Origin: Pseudomonadota bacterium
GTDB taxonomy: Bacteria; UBA10199; 2-02-FULL-44-16; JAAZCA01
Reading direction: 5' to 3'
DNA length: 31,907 bases
Assembly (NCBI GenBank): GCA_043798915.1
Contig: JAZDOG010000007.1
Coordinates: 1 to 31,907 of the forward strand
Positions 1-7,747 of the stretch are shown piece by piece. Positions within the stretch are counted from its first letter, which is position 1. Each line of letters begins with the position of its first letter. A program made the translations under genes and the position numbers. The notes under the pieces were generated by a model that did no database searches, was not told the DNA's origin, and worked only from the letters and a program-made list of their open reading frames with translations.

Positions 1-19
1 TATCTGGCGTGGGCTGGCT

Positions 20-1591
20 GTGTATTTCGATGCTACGTCGAGGGACGAGGCCGGAGCTGCCGACAGGCGCGCGATAGCAGGGCAGATGCATAGCGAATTG
101 ATGGACCACATGTTTAAACGCGAGGGGTGGGGCGCGGACGATGCCACTGCGAGCGGGAGACTCCTGAAACTGGCAAGGGAGCTTGTGAGCATGAAATTCG
201 GAGGCGCACTGCTGACGTATACAGGGATCGAGGGAATTGCTCTGCAAACCAACAAGGCATTATTGACCCGCTGGCTGGTTGGAAAGGAAATAACTTATTC
301 AGTCAACTTCTCGGCAAATAAATTTTACGCGCAGGTGAGAGCGCTTCTCAAGGGCCTTGGCGTGGAAGATAGAAAAAACGATCAGTTGATTGTTGATGCC
401 GTCTTTGAAGAACGCGGATGGGCAGATGCTGCAGCCACGGCCACGGCAGGGGAGAGGCTCCTCCTCGAAGCCCGCAGGCGCGTCGCTTTGAAATTCGGAG
501 GCGTGCTGCCGCAGGATACAGGGATCGAGGGAGTTGCTGGTGGGCAAGACAACAGGGGACCATTGGCACGCTGGCTGGCTAGAAAGGATGTGGTCTATTC
601 GTACACATTATCGGCAAAGGTGCTTTACACACAGGTGAGCGCGCTTCTCAAGGGCCTTGGCGTGGAGGATAAAAAGATCGATCGGTTGATTATCGCCGCT
701 GTCTTCGAGGAACGCGGGTGGACAGATGCCGCGGCCACGGCAGGGGAGAGGCTCCTCCTCGCAGCCCGCAGGTTCGTCGCTTTGAAATTCGGAGGCGTGC
801 TGCCGCAGGATACAGGGATCGAGGGAGTTGCTAGTGGGCAAGACAACAGGGGACCATTGGCGCGCTGGCTGGCTGGAAAGGAAATAACTTATTCAATCAA
901 CTTATCGGCAAAATATTTTTACGCGCAGATGAGAGCTCTTCTCAAGGGCCTCGGCGTGAAGGATAAAAAGATCGGTCGGTTGATTGCCGCCGCCGTCTTC
1001 GAAGAACGCGGATGGGCAAATGCTGCAGCCACGGCAGGGGAGAGGCTCCTCCTCGAAGCCCGCAGGCGCGTCGCCTTGAAATTCGGAGGCGTGCTGCCGG
1101 CAAATACAGGGATCGATGGAGTTGCTCAGCAAAGCGACAGGAGACCATTGACACTCTGGCTGACTGGAAAGGGTATCGCCTATTCGAGCAAATTAACGGA
1201 AACGATACTTTACGCGCAGGTGAGGGCGCTTCTCAAGGGCCTCGGCGCGGATGACGAAAGGATCGATCAGCTAATCGAGGCCGCCGTCTTCGAAGAACGC
1301 GGGTGGACAGATGCCGCTGCCACGGCAGCGGAGTGGCTCCTCCTCGAAACCCGCAGGCGCGTCGCTTTGAAATTCGGAGGCGCGCTGCCGAACGATGCAG
1401 GGATCGAGGGAGTTTCTCGGCAAAGCAGAAACAAGGCAGCATTGACACGCTGGCTTTCCGGGAAGGATGTCGAACTCAGTGAAAACCTCAGGCGCCAGAT
1501 CCGCGCCCTCCTTACGCACGAAAACCACATAACCCCCGCTGTCGCTGATCTGCTCATCTCGCAGGCCGCCGCTGCCAGCCGCGGCAGGTGA
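20..1591 (+). CDS. Tandem-repeat protein (five ~97-100 aa units, XRE/HTH-like); probably 5'-truncated by the window edge
   Basis: 523-aa ORF. The frame stays open upstream of the GTG at 20 to position 2 (ATC TGG CGT GGG CTG GCT). Recurrent motifs: VFEERGW, GERLLLEARRRVALKFGG, GIEGV, L.RWL.GK, RALLKGLG. Confidence 0.85.
   Translation: MYFDATSRDEAGAADRRAIAGQMHSELMDHMFKREGWGADDATASGRLLKLARELVSMKFGGALLTYTGIEGIALQTNKALLTRWLVGKEITYSVNFSANKFYAQVRALLKGLGVEDRKNDQLIVDAVFEERGWADAAATATAGERLLLEARRRVALKFGGVLPQDTGIEGVAGGQDNRGPLARWLARKDVVYSYTLSAKVLYTQVSALLKGLGVEDKKIDRLIIAAVFEERGWTDAAATAGERLLLAARRFVALKFGGVLPQDTGIEGVASGQDNRGPLARWLAGKEITYSINLSAKYFYAQMRALLKGLGVKDKKIGRLIAAAVFEERGWANAAATAGERLLLEARRRVALKFGGVLPANTGIDGVAQQSDRRPLTLWLTGKGIAYSSKLTETILYAQVRALLKGLGADDERIDQLIEAAVFEERGWTDAAATAAEWLLLETRRRVALKFGGALPNDAGIEGVSRQSRNKAALTRWLSGKDVELSENLRRQIRALLTHENHITPAVADLLISQAAAASRGR
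110..1512 (+). repeat. Coding tandem repeat, 5 units of 291-300 bp
   Basis: Unit starts (ATGTTTAAACGC / GTCTTYGARGAACGCGG) at 110, 401, 701, 995 and 1286; spacings 291, 300, 294, 291 bp. The last unit diverges at its 3' end. Confidence 0.95.
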
Positions 1592-1612
1592 AAGAGCGCC
1601 GCTGTTTTTTTT
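1581..1612 (+). terminator. Possible weak intrinsic terminator after the repeat-protein gene
   Basis: GCGGC (1581-1585) / GCCGC (1598-1602) stem followed by TG and 8 T; the stem is short. Confidence 0.35.
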
Positions 1613-1614
1613 GC

Positions 1615-1659
1615 TTGACCGTATTTAATATATTGAATATACACTCAATTAAATGTATA
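1615..1659 (+). promoter_or_regulatory. Sigma70-like promoter and candidate antitoxin operator of the TA operon
   Basis: TTGACC at 1615-1620 with -10 candidates TATACA (1638-1643) or TACACT (1640-1645). Inverted repeat TATACA-N10-TGTATA (1638-1659) spans the -10 and the start codon. Confidence 0.55.
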
Positions 1660-1925
1660 CTGTTCTGGAACATAGGGAGGCCGGCAAAACGCTCAAAAAA
1701 GGCCCGATTGAGATACAAAGGAGCTATCTGGCATGGAAGCGCATTGTTGAATTGGAAGGGCCTTTGGGATTGCGATTGATCAAAGGCTTCCATGACGAAG
1801 CCTTGAAGGGTGAATGGCGGGGATTTCGATCTTCACGATTGAACAGGCAATGGAGGGTGATTTATCAGGTCGATAATGACCGATTGATCGTTTATGTTGT
1901 GGAAATTAATCCGCACACATACTGA
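1653..1925 (+). CDS. Type II toxin, RelE/HigB/YafQ-like mRNA interferase
   Basis: 90 aa with RelE-superfamily pattern HDEALKGEWRGFRSSRLNRQWRVIY and C-terminal H.Y; lies directly upstream of an HTH gene. Confidence 0.88.
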   Translation: MYTVLEHREAGKTLKKGPIEIQRSYLAWKRIVELEGPLGLRLIKGFHDEALKGEWRGFRSSRLNRQWRVIYQVDNDRLIVYVVEINPHTY

Positions 1926-1934
1926 GGCATTGTT

Positions 1935-2207
1935 ATGAAAAAAATTAATAAAAGGGACTTTGTGGCAGGCGAAGACCCGACCTGTTTGACGCCGGGAGAA
2001 ATGCTGGCGACGCTTCGCAATTTGCAGGGTCTGACGCAAAGCAAGCTTGCGAGGCTCTCGGGCATGACGCAGGCCAATATCTCCAGTATGGAATCCGGCC
2101 GGCAGCAGATCGGGAGAGATAGGGCTGTTGCGCTGGCAAAAGCTTTGAAAGTTCACCCGGCCGTAATCATGTTTCCAAATTATCAGGTCATCCGCAAAGC
2201 GGCGTAA
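1935..2207 (+). CDS. XRE-family HTH antitoxin (HigA-like)
   Basis: TPGEMLATLRNLQGLTQSKLARLSGMTQANISSMESGRQQIG is a typical XRE HTH; RBS GAGG; 9 bp downstream of the toxin (toxin-first order). Confidence 0.88.
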   Translation: MKKINKRDFVAGEDPTCLTPGEMLATLRNLQGLTQSKLARLSGMTQANISSMESGRQQIGRDRAVALAKALKVHPAVIMFPNYQVIRKAA

Positions 2208-2338
2208 AATCGGCAGAGCGTCCTTCAGGCGCCGTATCCGTGCGTTCATCACGAACATGGTTAAAGTTCCATCGCTTTACCGGATTGCATTGACTCGGAA
2301 CCCTTTGGCATGAAAGAAACTTGCGAAGGGGGATTCGC

Positions 2339-3574
2339 ATGGGCGGGATGGCGATACCGTTGTGGGCGTCGGTGCCGTTTCTGGCGTTTCTCGTTGCCAT
2401 CGCCGCCGGGCCGTTTGTCCATCGCGCGTGGTGGGAGCGTTCCTATCATGTTATAGCGATCGCTCTGGGGCTGGCCACCGCGCTCGCCTACGCATCTCTC
2501 TTTCATAACTATGACAGGATCTGGCACACCGCGCTGGACTATTTTTCCTTCATCGTGCTCCTCGCTTCGCTCTTCGTCGTCACCGGGGGCATTCTCATCC
2601 GCATCGGGGGAAGACCTCATCCCCTCATAAATGCCGCGATCCTCCTCGTCGGCGCGCTCCTCTCGAACGTCCTCGGCACAACGGGCGCATCGATGCTCTT
2701 CATAAGGCCCTATCTCCACATCAATCGGGCCAGGATGAAGGGCTATCTCATCGTCTTCTTCATCTTCGCTGTCTCCAACATCGGCGGAGCCTTGACTCCG
2801 ATCGGAGACCCGCCGCTCTTTTTGGGCTACCTCAAGGGAGTCCCGTTCTTCTGGGTGATCGCGAACGCCTGGCAAGCGTGGGCCTTCACGCTCTTTGCCG
2901 TCCTGGCCGTCTTCCTTGTGATGGATTACAAGAATCACAGGGCGACCCCGCCGCTCTCTGTCGCCGCATCGGGGAGCCGCCTGTTGCTCAAGGGCTGGTA
3001 TAATTTTTTCTTCCTCGCCGTGATCATCCTCGCGGTCTTCAGACCCACTCCGTACAGGGAACTCATGATGCTTGGCGCTGCGGCCGCATCCTATCTTCTC
3101 ACTCCGCGAGACATCCATCGCGAGCATCACTTCACATTCGGGCCGATCAGGGAGGTGGCGATCCTCTTCTTCGGCATATTCGCGACGATGATGCCGGCGC
3201 TCGACTGGCTGGAGGCGAACTCGCACAGCCTGGGGATCTCGACGCCCGGCGGCTATTACTGGGCATCGGGCCTTCTCTCCTCATTCCTCGACAATGCGCC
3301 GACCTACCTGAGCTTCCTGGAGGCGGCCAAGGGCTTGAAGGGGATGGGCGTGGCGGGGCTCCTCTCACAGGCGCCGCATTTCATCCTGGCCATTTCGCTG
3401 GGCGCCGTATTCTTCGGCGCGATGACCTACATCGGCAACGGCCCCAACTTCATGGTGAAGTCGATCGCAGAGAGGGCGGGCCTTGGCTGCCCGAGCTTCC
3501 TGGGCTACATCTTCCGCTATTCGGCTCCGATCCTGCTCCCCATTTTTTTCCTGGTCTGGCTCATCTTCCTTTAG
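2339..3574 (+). CDS. Putative sodium:proton antiporter / citrate-transporter-like membrane protein (ion transporter superfamily)
   Basis: Multi-pass hydrophobic protein with GTTGASML, SNIGGALTPIGDPPLFLG, SSFLDNAPTY and TYIGNGPNFMV motifs. ATG 2339 follows AGGGGG. Confidence 0.85.
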   Translation: MGGMAIPLWASVPFLAFLVAIAAGPFVHRAWWERSYHVIAIALGLATALAYASLFHNYDRIWHTALDYFSFIVLLASLFVVTGGILIRIGGRPHPLINAAILLVGALLSNVLGTTGASMLFIRPYLHINRARMKGYLIVFFIFAVSNIGGALTPIGDPPLFLGYLKGVPFFWVIANAWQAWAFTLFAVLAVFLVMDYKNHRATPPLSVAASGSRLLLKGWYNFFFLAVIILAVFRPTPYRELMMLGAAAASYLLTPRDIHREHHFTFGPIREVAILFFGIFATMMPALDWLEANSHSLGISTPGGYYWASGLLSSFLDNAPTYLSFLEAAKGLKGMGVAGLLSQAPHFILAISLGAVFFGAMTYIGNGPNFMVKSIAERAGLGCPSFLGYIFRYSAPILLPIFFLVWLIFL

Positions 3575-3578
3575 CCCC

Positions 3579-3608
3579 TTGCAGCCGCAGGGGGTTTGAA
3601 ACTATAAT
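3579..3608 (+). promoter_or_regulatory. Sigma70-like promoter of recO
   Basis: TTGCAG (3579-3584), 18 bp spacer, perfect TATAAT (3603-3608). Confidence 0.6.
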
Positions 3609-3616
3609 GACGGCCC

Positions 3617-4333
3617 ATGCAGAAGCGGTCGCAATCGATTATTCTCAAGCGCACGGCCTTCGGCGAGGCGGATTGGATCGTCACGTTTTTTTCGCGCGAT
3701 GAGGGCAGGATGGGCGGGATTGCGAAATCTGCGCGCCGTTCCATGCGTCGCTTTGGCGGGGCGCTCGAGCCCGCGACGCTCGTTTCCATTTCCTATTTTG
3801 AGAAGCAGGCGGGTGGGCTCGTGCGGATCGACGAGGCCGTTGTCGAGCGCTCACCGATCGGCGCATTGAAGTCGCTCGAGCGCATCGCGGCGATGACGAG
3901 GGCGCTGGAGCTTGCGCTCGCATTCCTGCAGGAGCGGCAGCCGGCGCCGGACAAATTCACGCTCCTGGATTCAAGGCTCTCGGCGCTCTCCGATATGGAG
4001 CCCGGCATATCGGACAGCCTTGCGTTTGAGCTCGCGTGGCTTATGCGCTGTGGCTTCGGGCCGCGCCTTGCGGGGTGTGCGTCATGCGGTTTGATTCCGG
4101 ACGAGGGCGGGAAATGGGCGTTCGACTTCGAGCAGGGCGGTGTCGTGTGTTCGTGCTGCCCCGGCTCTCCTGGTGGTCGCGTCGAGCTGACGGCTGGGGC
4201 GATGGAGGCCTTGGGGCGCCTCCACGATGGCGCCTGTCCGGAGGAGGGGGGCGGCGCTATGCTTGCCTGTCGGGCCTTGGAGGGGTACGTGGATCACATC
4301 ATCGGCCGCCGAATGCGGACGCGGAATTTCTGA
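3617..4333 (+). CDS. recO: DNA repair protein RecO
   Basis: N-terminal IILKRTAFGEADWIVTFFSRDEG...AKSARRSMRRFGGALEP; C-terminal zinc finger GFGPRLAGCASCG...GGVVCSCC. Confidence 0.93.
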   Translation: MQKRSQSIILKRTAFGEADWIVTFFSRDEGRMGGIAKSARRSMRRFGGALEPATLVSISYFEKQAGGLVRIDEAVVERSPIGALKSLERIAAMTRALELALAFLQERQPAPDKFTLLDSRLSALSDMEPGISDSLAFELAWLMRCGFGPRLAGCASCGLIPDEGGKWAFDFEQGGVVCSCCPGSPGGRVELTAGAMEALGRLHDGACPEEGGGAMLACRALEGYVDHIIGRRMRTRNF

Positions 4334-4341
4334 GGGATTGA

Positions 4342-5205
4342 ATGCGCATCATAGATGAAAAACCCGAGCTGTGGCCATTTATTCTGGCCTCTCTCGTCAT
4401 GCACGCCCTCATCCTTCTGTTTCTTCCGAAGGCGATATTGCCCTCTGCGTTTGAGGAACAGCCGGTCGAGGTCTTCACCGTGACAGAGCCTCCGAAGGCC
4501 GAGGACAACTGGCGCATCGCCGACATAGCGAAGCCCGCCGTGGAGCAAAAACCCAAGGCTGCCAAGTTTCTCGGCATGTACGACAGCGCGGTGCCGGAGG
4601 AGATGGTCGGCGTCGGGCAGAGGCCCCACGAGGACGGCGGACAGAAAGGGAGGCCCAAGGGCGGGCAAAAACAGCGGGGGGCGGATAAGGGCGGGGGCGA
4701 ACAGAGAAAGGCGAACAAGGGCCGTCAGCCGGTTTCAAGGGACAAACTCTTCGCGTTCAACAAGAGTCTCTTCGACGGCGGAGGGCAGCAGCCTGCGGAG
4801 GAGAGCGGCAACTCGGCGTCGGCAGGGGCGCTGGACGACTTCTTTCCTGATTTCAGGCGCGGCGCTAATACATATCTCAACGTACTTCGCTATCCCGGCG
4901 TCGAATACTTCGTGAGGCTCAAACACGCATTCAGGGTCACGTTCAATCCCGAGCCTCCTCTCCGCGACTATTTTTCGAGGAACCGGGTGACGCGCGGCTC
5001 GATCGACGTCGTCCTGGGCGTGAGCGTTGCGCGCGACGGACGTCTCTCTGAGCTCTTCGTCTTCAGGTCTTCCGGCATACCGTCATACGACGAGGAGGCG
5101 CTCCGCACCGTGCGCGCCTCCGCGCCCTTTGCCACTCCCCCCGACAAGTTTCTTTCGGATGATGGGTGTCTCAGAATGAGCTGGACCTTCAGCGTCTACC
5201 TTTGA
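4342..5205 (+). CDS. TonB-family protein (N-terminal anchor, low-complexity linker, TonB/TolA C-terminal domain)
   Basis: TM segment with SLVMH (SxxxH) motif; C-terminal VARDGRLSELFVFRSSGIPSYDEEALRTVRASAPFATPP. Confidence 0.8.
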   Translation: MRIIDEKPELWPFILASLVMHALILLFLPKAILPSAFEEQPVEVFTVTEPPKAEDNWRIADIAKPAVEQKPKAAKFLGMYDSAVPEEMVGVGQRPHEDGGQKGRPKGGQKQRGADKGGGEQRKANKGRQPVSRDKLFAFNKSLFDGGGQQPAEESGNSASAGALDDFFPDFRRGANTYLNVLRYPGVEYFVRLKHAFRVTFNPEPPLRDYFSRNRVTRGSIDVVLGVSVARDGRLSELFVFRSSGIPSYDEEALRTVRASAPFATPPDKFLSDDGCLRMSWTFSVYL

Positions 5206-5212
5206 AAGAAAT

Positions 5213-5938
5213 TTATTTCAGCCCTACAGGGGACGTGCAGTCGAAGTCGTCGATCACAAGCTTGATGGACTTGGTCGAGGTTGTGGCGCAATTGGCCGCG
5301 GGCTGTTGCTGCTGCTGGGCCTCAGCCGCGGCCTGCTCGACATACAGATCGTATTCCTTGGCAGGGGTGGTGTTGGCCGGACTGCAATTGTCCGCGCCTT
5401 CCTTGTCGAAGTGGGCGGCGATCCTGCACTTGTCCGGGTAGGCCGTCGGATGATCGGTGGCTGCGGCATCCAGAGGCTGCTGCGAGGTGGCTGACGCGGC
5501 GATCTCTATGTCCATCGGCGCATCCTGTGATGAGGTTACGATGTAGTGCAGCTCGCCATCGGCGCAGTCTTTCCCCCGCCCGTCCGCCTTGCCATCCTTC
5601 AGGGTGCCCATAAAAGCGATGTTGATCGAACTCACGATCACGACTGGCGTCGAGCTGGAAACGGTTGTTGCGCCGGTCCTCTTCATAATCATGAAAGGAT
5701 TGCCCTGGTCGAAGGTGAAGCTCGACGATGCGAGGCACAAAGCATCGGAGTCTACGGCAACGGCCTGTGTCGCTTGAGCATCTCCCCAGACGGCATTCAC
5801 GAGATCGGCGCGGTCGACCGACTTGGCGGCCGTGTTGTAGGCCGGAATCTGGGCGTCAAAATTTGTCTGTCCGCGGCAGCCGGCGATCATCATCGTGATG
5901 ATCATTGCGATCGAGGCGGCATAAATTTTGTTTTTCAT
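5213..5938 (-). CDS. Hypothetical lipoprotein (241 aa, Cys-containing)
   Basis: ATG at 5938 preceded by AAGGAGG; signal peptide MKNKIYAASIAMIITMMIAGC with lipobox. The upstream extension in the ORF track overlaps the opposite gene and is unlikely. Confidence 0.8.
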   Translation of the reverse strand: MKNKIYAASIAMIITMMIAGCRGQTNFDAQIPAYNTAAKSVDRADLVNAVWGDAQATQAVAVDSDALCLASSSFTFDQGNPFMIMKRTGATTVSSSTPVVIVSSINIAFMGTLKDGKADGRGKDCADGELHYIVTSSQDAPMDIEIAASATSQQPLDAAATDHPTAYPDKCRIAAHFDKEGADNCSPANTTPAKEYDLYVEQAAAEAQQQQQPAANCATTSTKSIKLVIDDFDCTSPVGLK

Positions 5939-6110
5939 AACCGTGACCCTCCTTTTTTGGCCAAAATTGATTTCGCGTTGTGCCACTACGTTATCGGCGT
6001 CCCCGCTTAAAAGTTGCGTGGTTTTTTCGAATTGCCCTATAGTCCCCTTGACTAGAGGTTTTAAGGGGAATATGGGGTCCGCCAACCAGACCATAGAAAG
6101 GATACTGTCG

Positions 6111-6905
6111 ATGATAGCGCTTAAAGAGGTAATGCTTAAGGATGTCCTGAAGTCATCCAATGTGCTGGATAATATGGGAAACCGCTCGAAGCGGGCGGCC
6201 ATCGAGGACCTGATAGATCTCCTCTGGAAGCAGAAACAGATAAAGAACAAGGCGGATGCCCTGGAGCGGGTGCTGGAACGCGAAGACCTTGCTTCGACAG
6301 CTCTGGGCGGCGGAATTGCGATACCGCATGCCCGCCTTGAGGTTGGTGTGAAGCCTGTCATCGCAATGGGCCGTCATCCGGCCGGGATTGATTTCGGTGC
6401 CCCGGATGGCGATTCTGTTCGCCTGATCTTTCTCGTGCTCTGGGAACCCGAGCAGCCTGGCCTCTTCAACAGGCTCTTCGCCGGTCTCGTTTCAAAGCTC
6501 GCTGATGCGCATTTTCGCGGGGAGCTCCTCGATCTGCCGGGCGCGGGTGAAATCGCCGCCCTGTTGTCGGATGTCCGCATCGACATGCAGGCGGGCAGGG
6601 CCTCGAAGTACGAGGGAGACATGCTCATTGCCCTGCAGGTTCTGGAGAGCAAGCGCCGCGCCGGCGCGAAGGGACTCGAACGGCAGATCGAGCTCGCGAG
6701 GGACGAGCTGCCGGGCAGCCAGCTGTCCCGCTTCGACCGGCTCCTCAGCAGACACGGCGAAGCCCTCGTCGATGCGCCGGAAGGAATATGCCGCGGCTGC
6801 AATATGCAGCTGTCGAGCAGCTTTGCCTCTGAGGTCCTCAAGAACCCCGACACCATATATATATGCGAAAAGTGCGGCCGGTTTCTTATCCATCATATCG
6901 TCTGA
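6111..6905 (+). CDS. PTS EIIA (PtsN/fructose-mannitol type) domain fused to a C-terminal C4 zinc ribbon (DUF164/CT398-like)
   Basis: LEREDLASTALGGGIAIPHAR phospho-His motif; C-terminal ICRGCNMQL...IYICEKCGRFL. Start uncertain (6111 with AAGGA, or 6132). Confidence 0.85.
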   Translation: MIALKEVMLKDVLKSSNVLDNMGNRSKRAAIEDLIDLLWKQKQIKNKADALERVLEREDLASTALGGGIAIPHARLEVGVKPVIAMGRHPAGIDFGAPDGDSVRLIFLVLWEPEQPGLFNRLFAGLVSKLADAHFRGELLDLPGAGEIAALLSDVRIDMQAGRASKYEGDMLIALQVLESKRRAGAKGLERQIELARDELPGSQLSRFDRLLSRHGEALVDAPEGICRGCNMQLSSSFASEVLKNPDTIYICEKCGRFLIHHIV

Positions 6906-7118
6906 AATTCTGGCCTCGAAGGCCCATCTGCAGACATAAGCCTGCCATCGTCCCCACCTGTCAGTGTAGCTTGTTGATAGTTAAGTGCTATTTTTGGTAA
7001 TTTTTTTTCTGCATTTTTCACGCAACTTTTTTGAGTTTCTGACGATACCTCATATGGAAGGACGGATTGAGGCCTTGTGGCTCGTCCGTCGACACGAAAA
7101 TCAATAAAGGGAGGGGAT

Positions 7119-7646
7119 ATGGGATATCGAGTTCTTGCAGTGCTTGCCGCCGCCGTCATGCTGGCAGGTTGCGCGGCGTTCGATCACGACAACACGCCAT
7201 ACGATGGCTTCAGCCCCAACGAGGTACCTGCGCCGGCTGGCCAGGGCATATACACCGGCTATTACACCGGCGATATGTCGGTCGACTCCAATACCTGCAT
7301 TCAGGTATCGGACAAGGCGGGCAGCAAGGTTAAGCTTTCCTTCGATGTTGTCCATAAGGACGCTGTAATCAACGTGACGTTCGAGGACGGAGCGACTGCC
7401 TCAGCGAATCTCGACGGCACCAAGGCGACGCTGATGTCGGAAGTCAGCGGCGTCCGTCACGTCTACTATCTGACCTTCGGCGATGGCAAAGTCGATGGTA
7501 CCGCCGAGGCGATCGAAGGCGACTCGAACGGGCAGTTCGGCAGCCCGTGCGTCTCATACACGATTGCGCTGGCCAAGGGCGAGAAACCCCCGAGCACGCC
7601 GGGTGCGACGCCGAAATTGCCCAATCAGCCCACGACTACAAAGTAG
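7119..7646 (+). CDS. Hypothetical lipoprotein, beta-rich
   Basis: RBS AGGGAGG; signal peptide MGYRVLAVLAAAVMLAGC with lipobox LAGC; Pro/Thr-rich tail. Confidence 0.82.
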   Translation: MGYRVLAVLAAAVMLAGCAAFDHDNTPYDGFSPNEVPAPAGQGIYTGYYTGDMSVDSNTCIQVSDKAGSKVKLSFDVVHKDAVINVTFEDGATASANLDGTKATLMSEVSGVRHVYYLTFGDGKVDGTAEAIEGDSNGQFGSPCVSYTIALAKGEKPPSTPGATPKLPNQPTTTK

Positions 7647-7675
7647 TAATTGCGGGATCATTTTGTGACTCAATG

Positions 7676-7710
7676 ACCGGCCTGATGGCAATTCATCAGG
7701 CCGGTTTTTT
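7676..7710 (+). terminator. Rho-independent terminator
   Basis: ACCGGCCTGATG-gcaatt-CATCAGGCCGGT perfect 12-bp stem followed by a T tract. Confidence 0.88.
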
Positions 7711-7747
7711 GTCATATGTCCCCCTGCCCGCCGGGTGGCCGATTCCA

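Noticed and set aside
110..1512. CRISPR array or diversity-generating retroelement explanation for the repeats
   Set aside because: Units are ~295 bp, in frame and coding. Differences are not restricted to adenines, and no cas gene, reverse transcriptase or non-coding template repeat is visible in the window.
2208..2338. Na+ or fluoride riboswitch upstream of the antiporter
   Set aside because: No consensus I can match by eye; an Rfam scan would be needed.
5939..6361. N-terminal extensions of ORFs 5213..6361(-) and 5928..6905(+)
   Set aside because: They overlap each other; RBS, signal peptide and domain boundaries support starts at 5938 and ~6111.
6930..6980. Minus-strand IHF-like site (TATCAACAAGCTA) with TGGCAGG, and TGGCAC near 5985(-)
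   Set aside because: -12 GC spacing fails in both cases, and the first would point antisense into the PTS gene.
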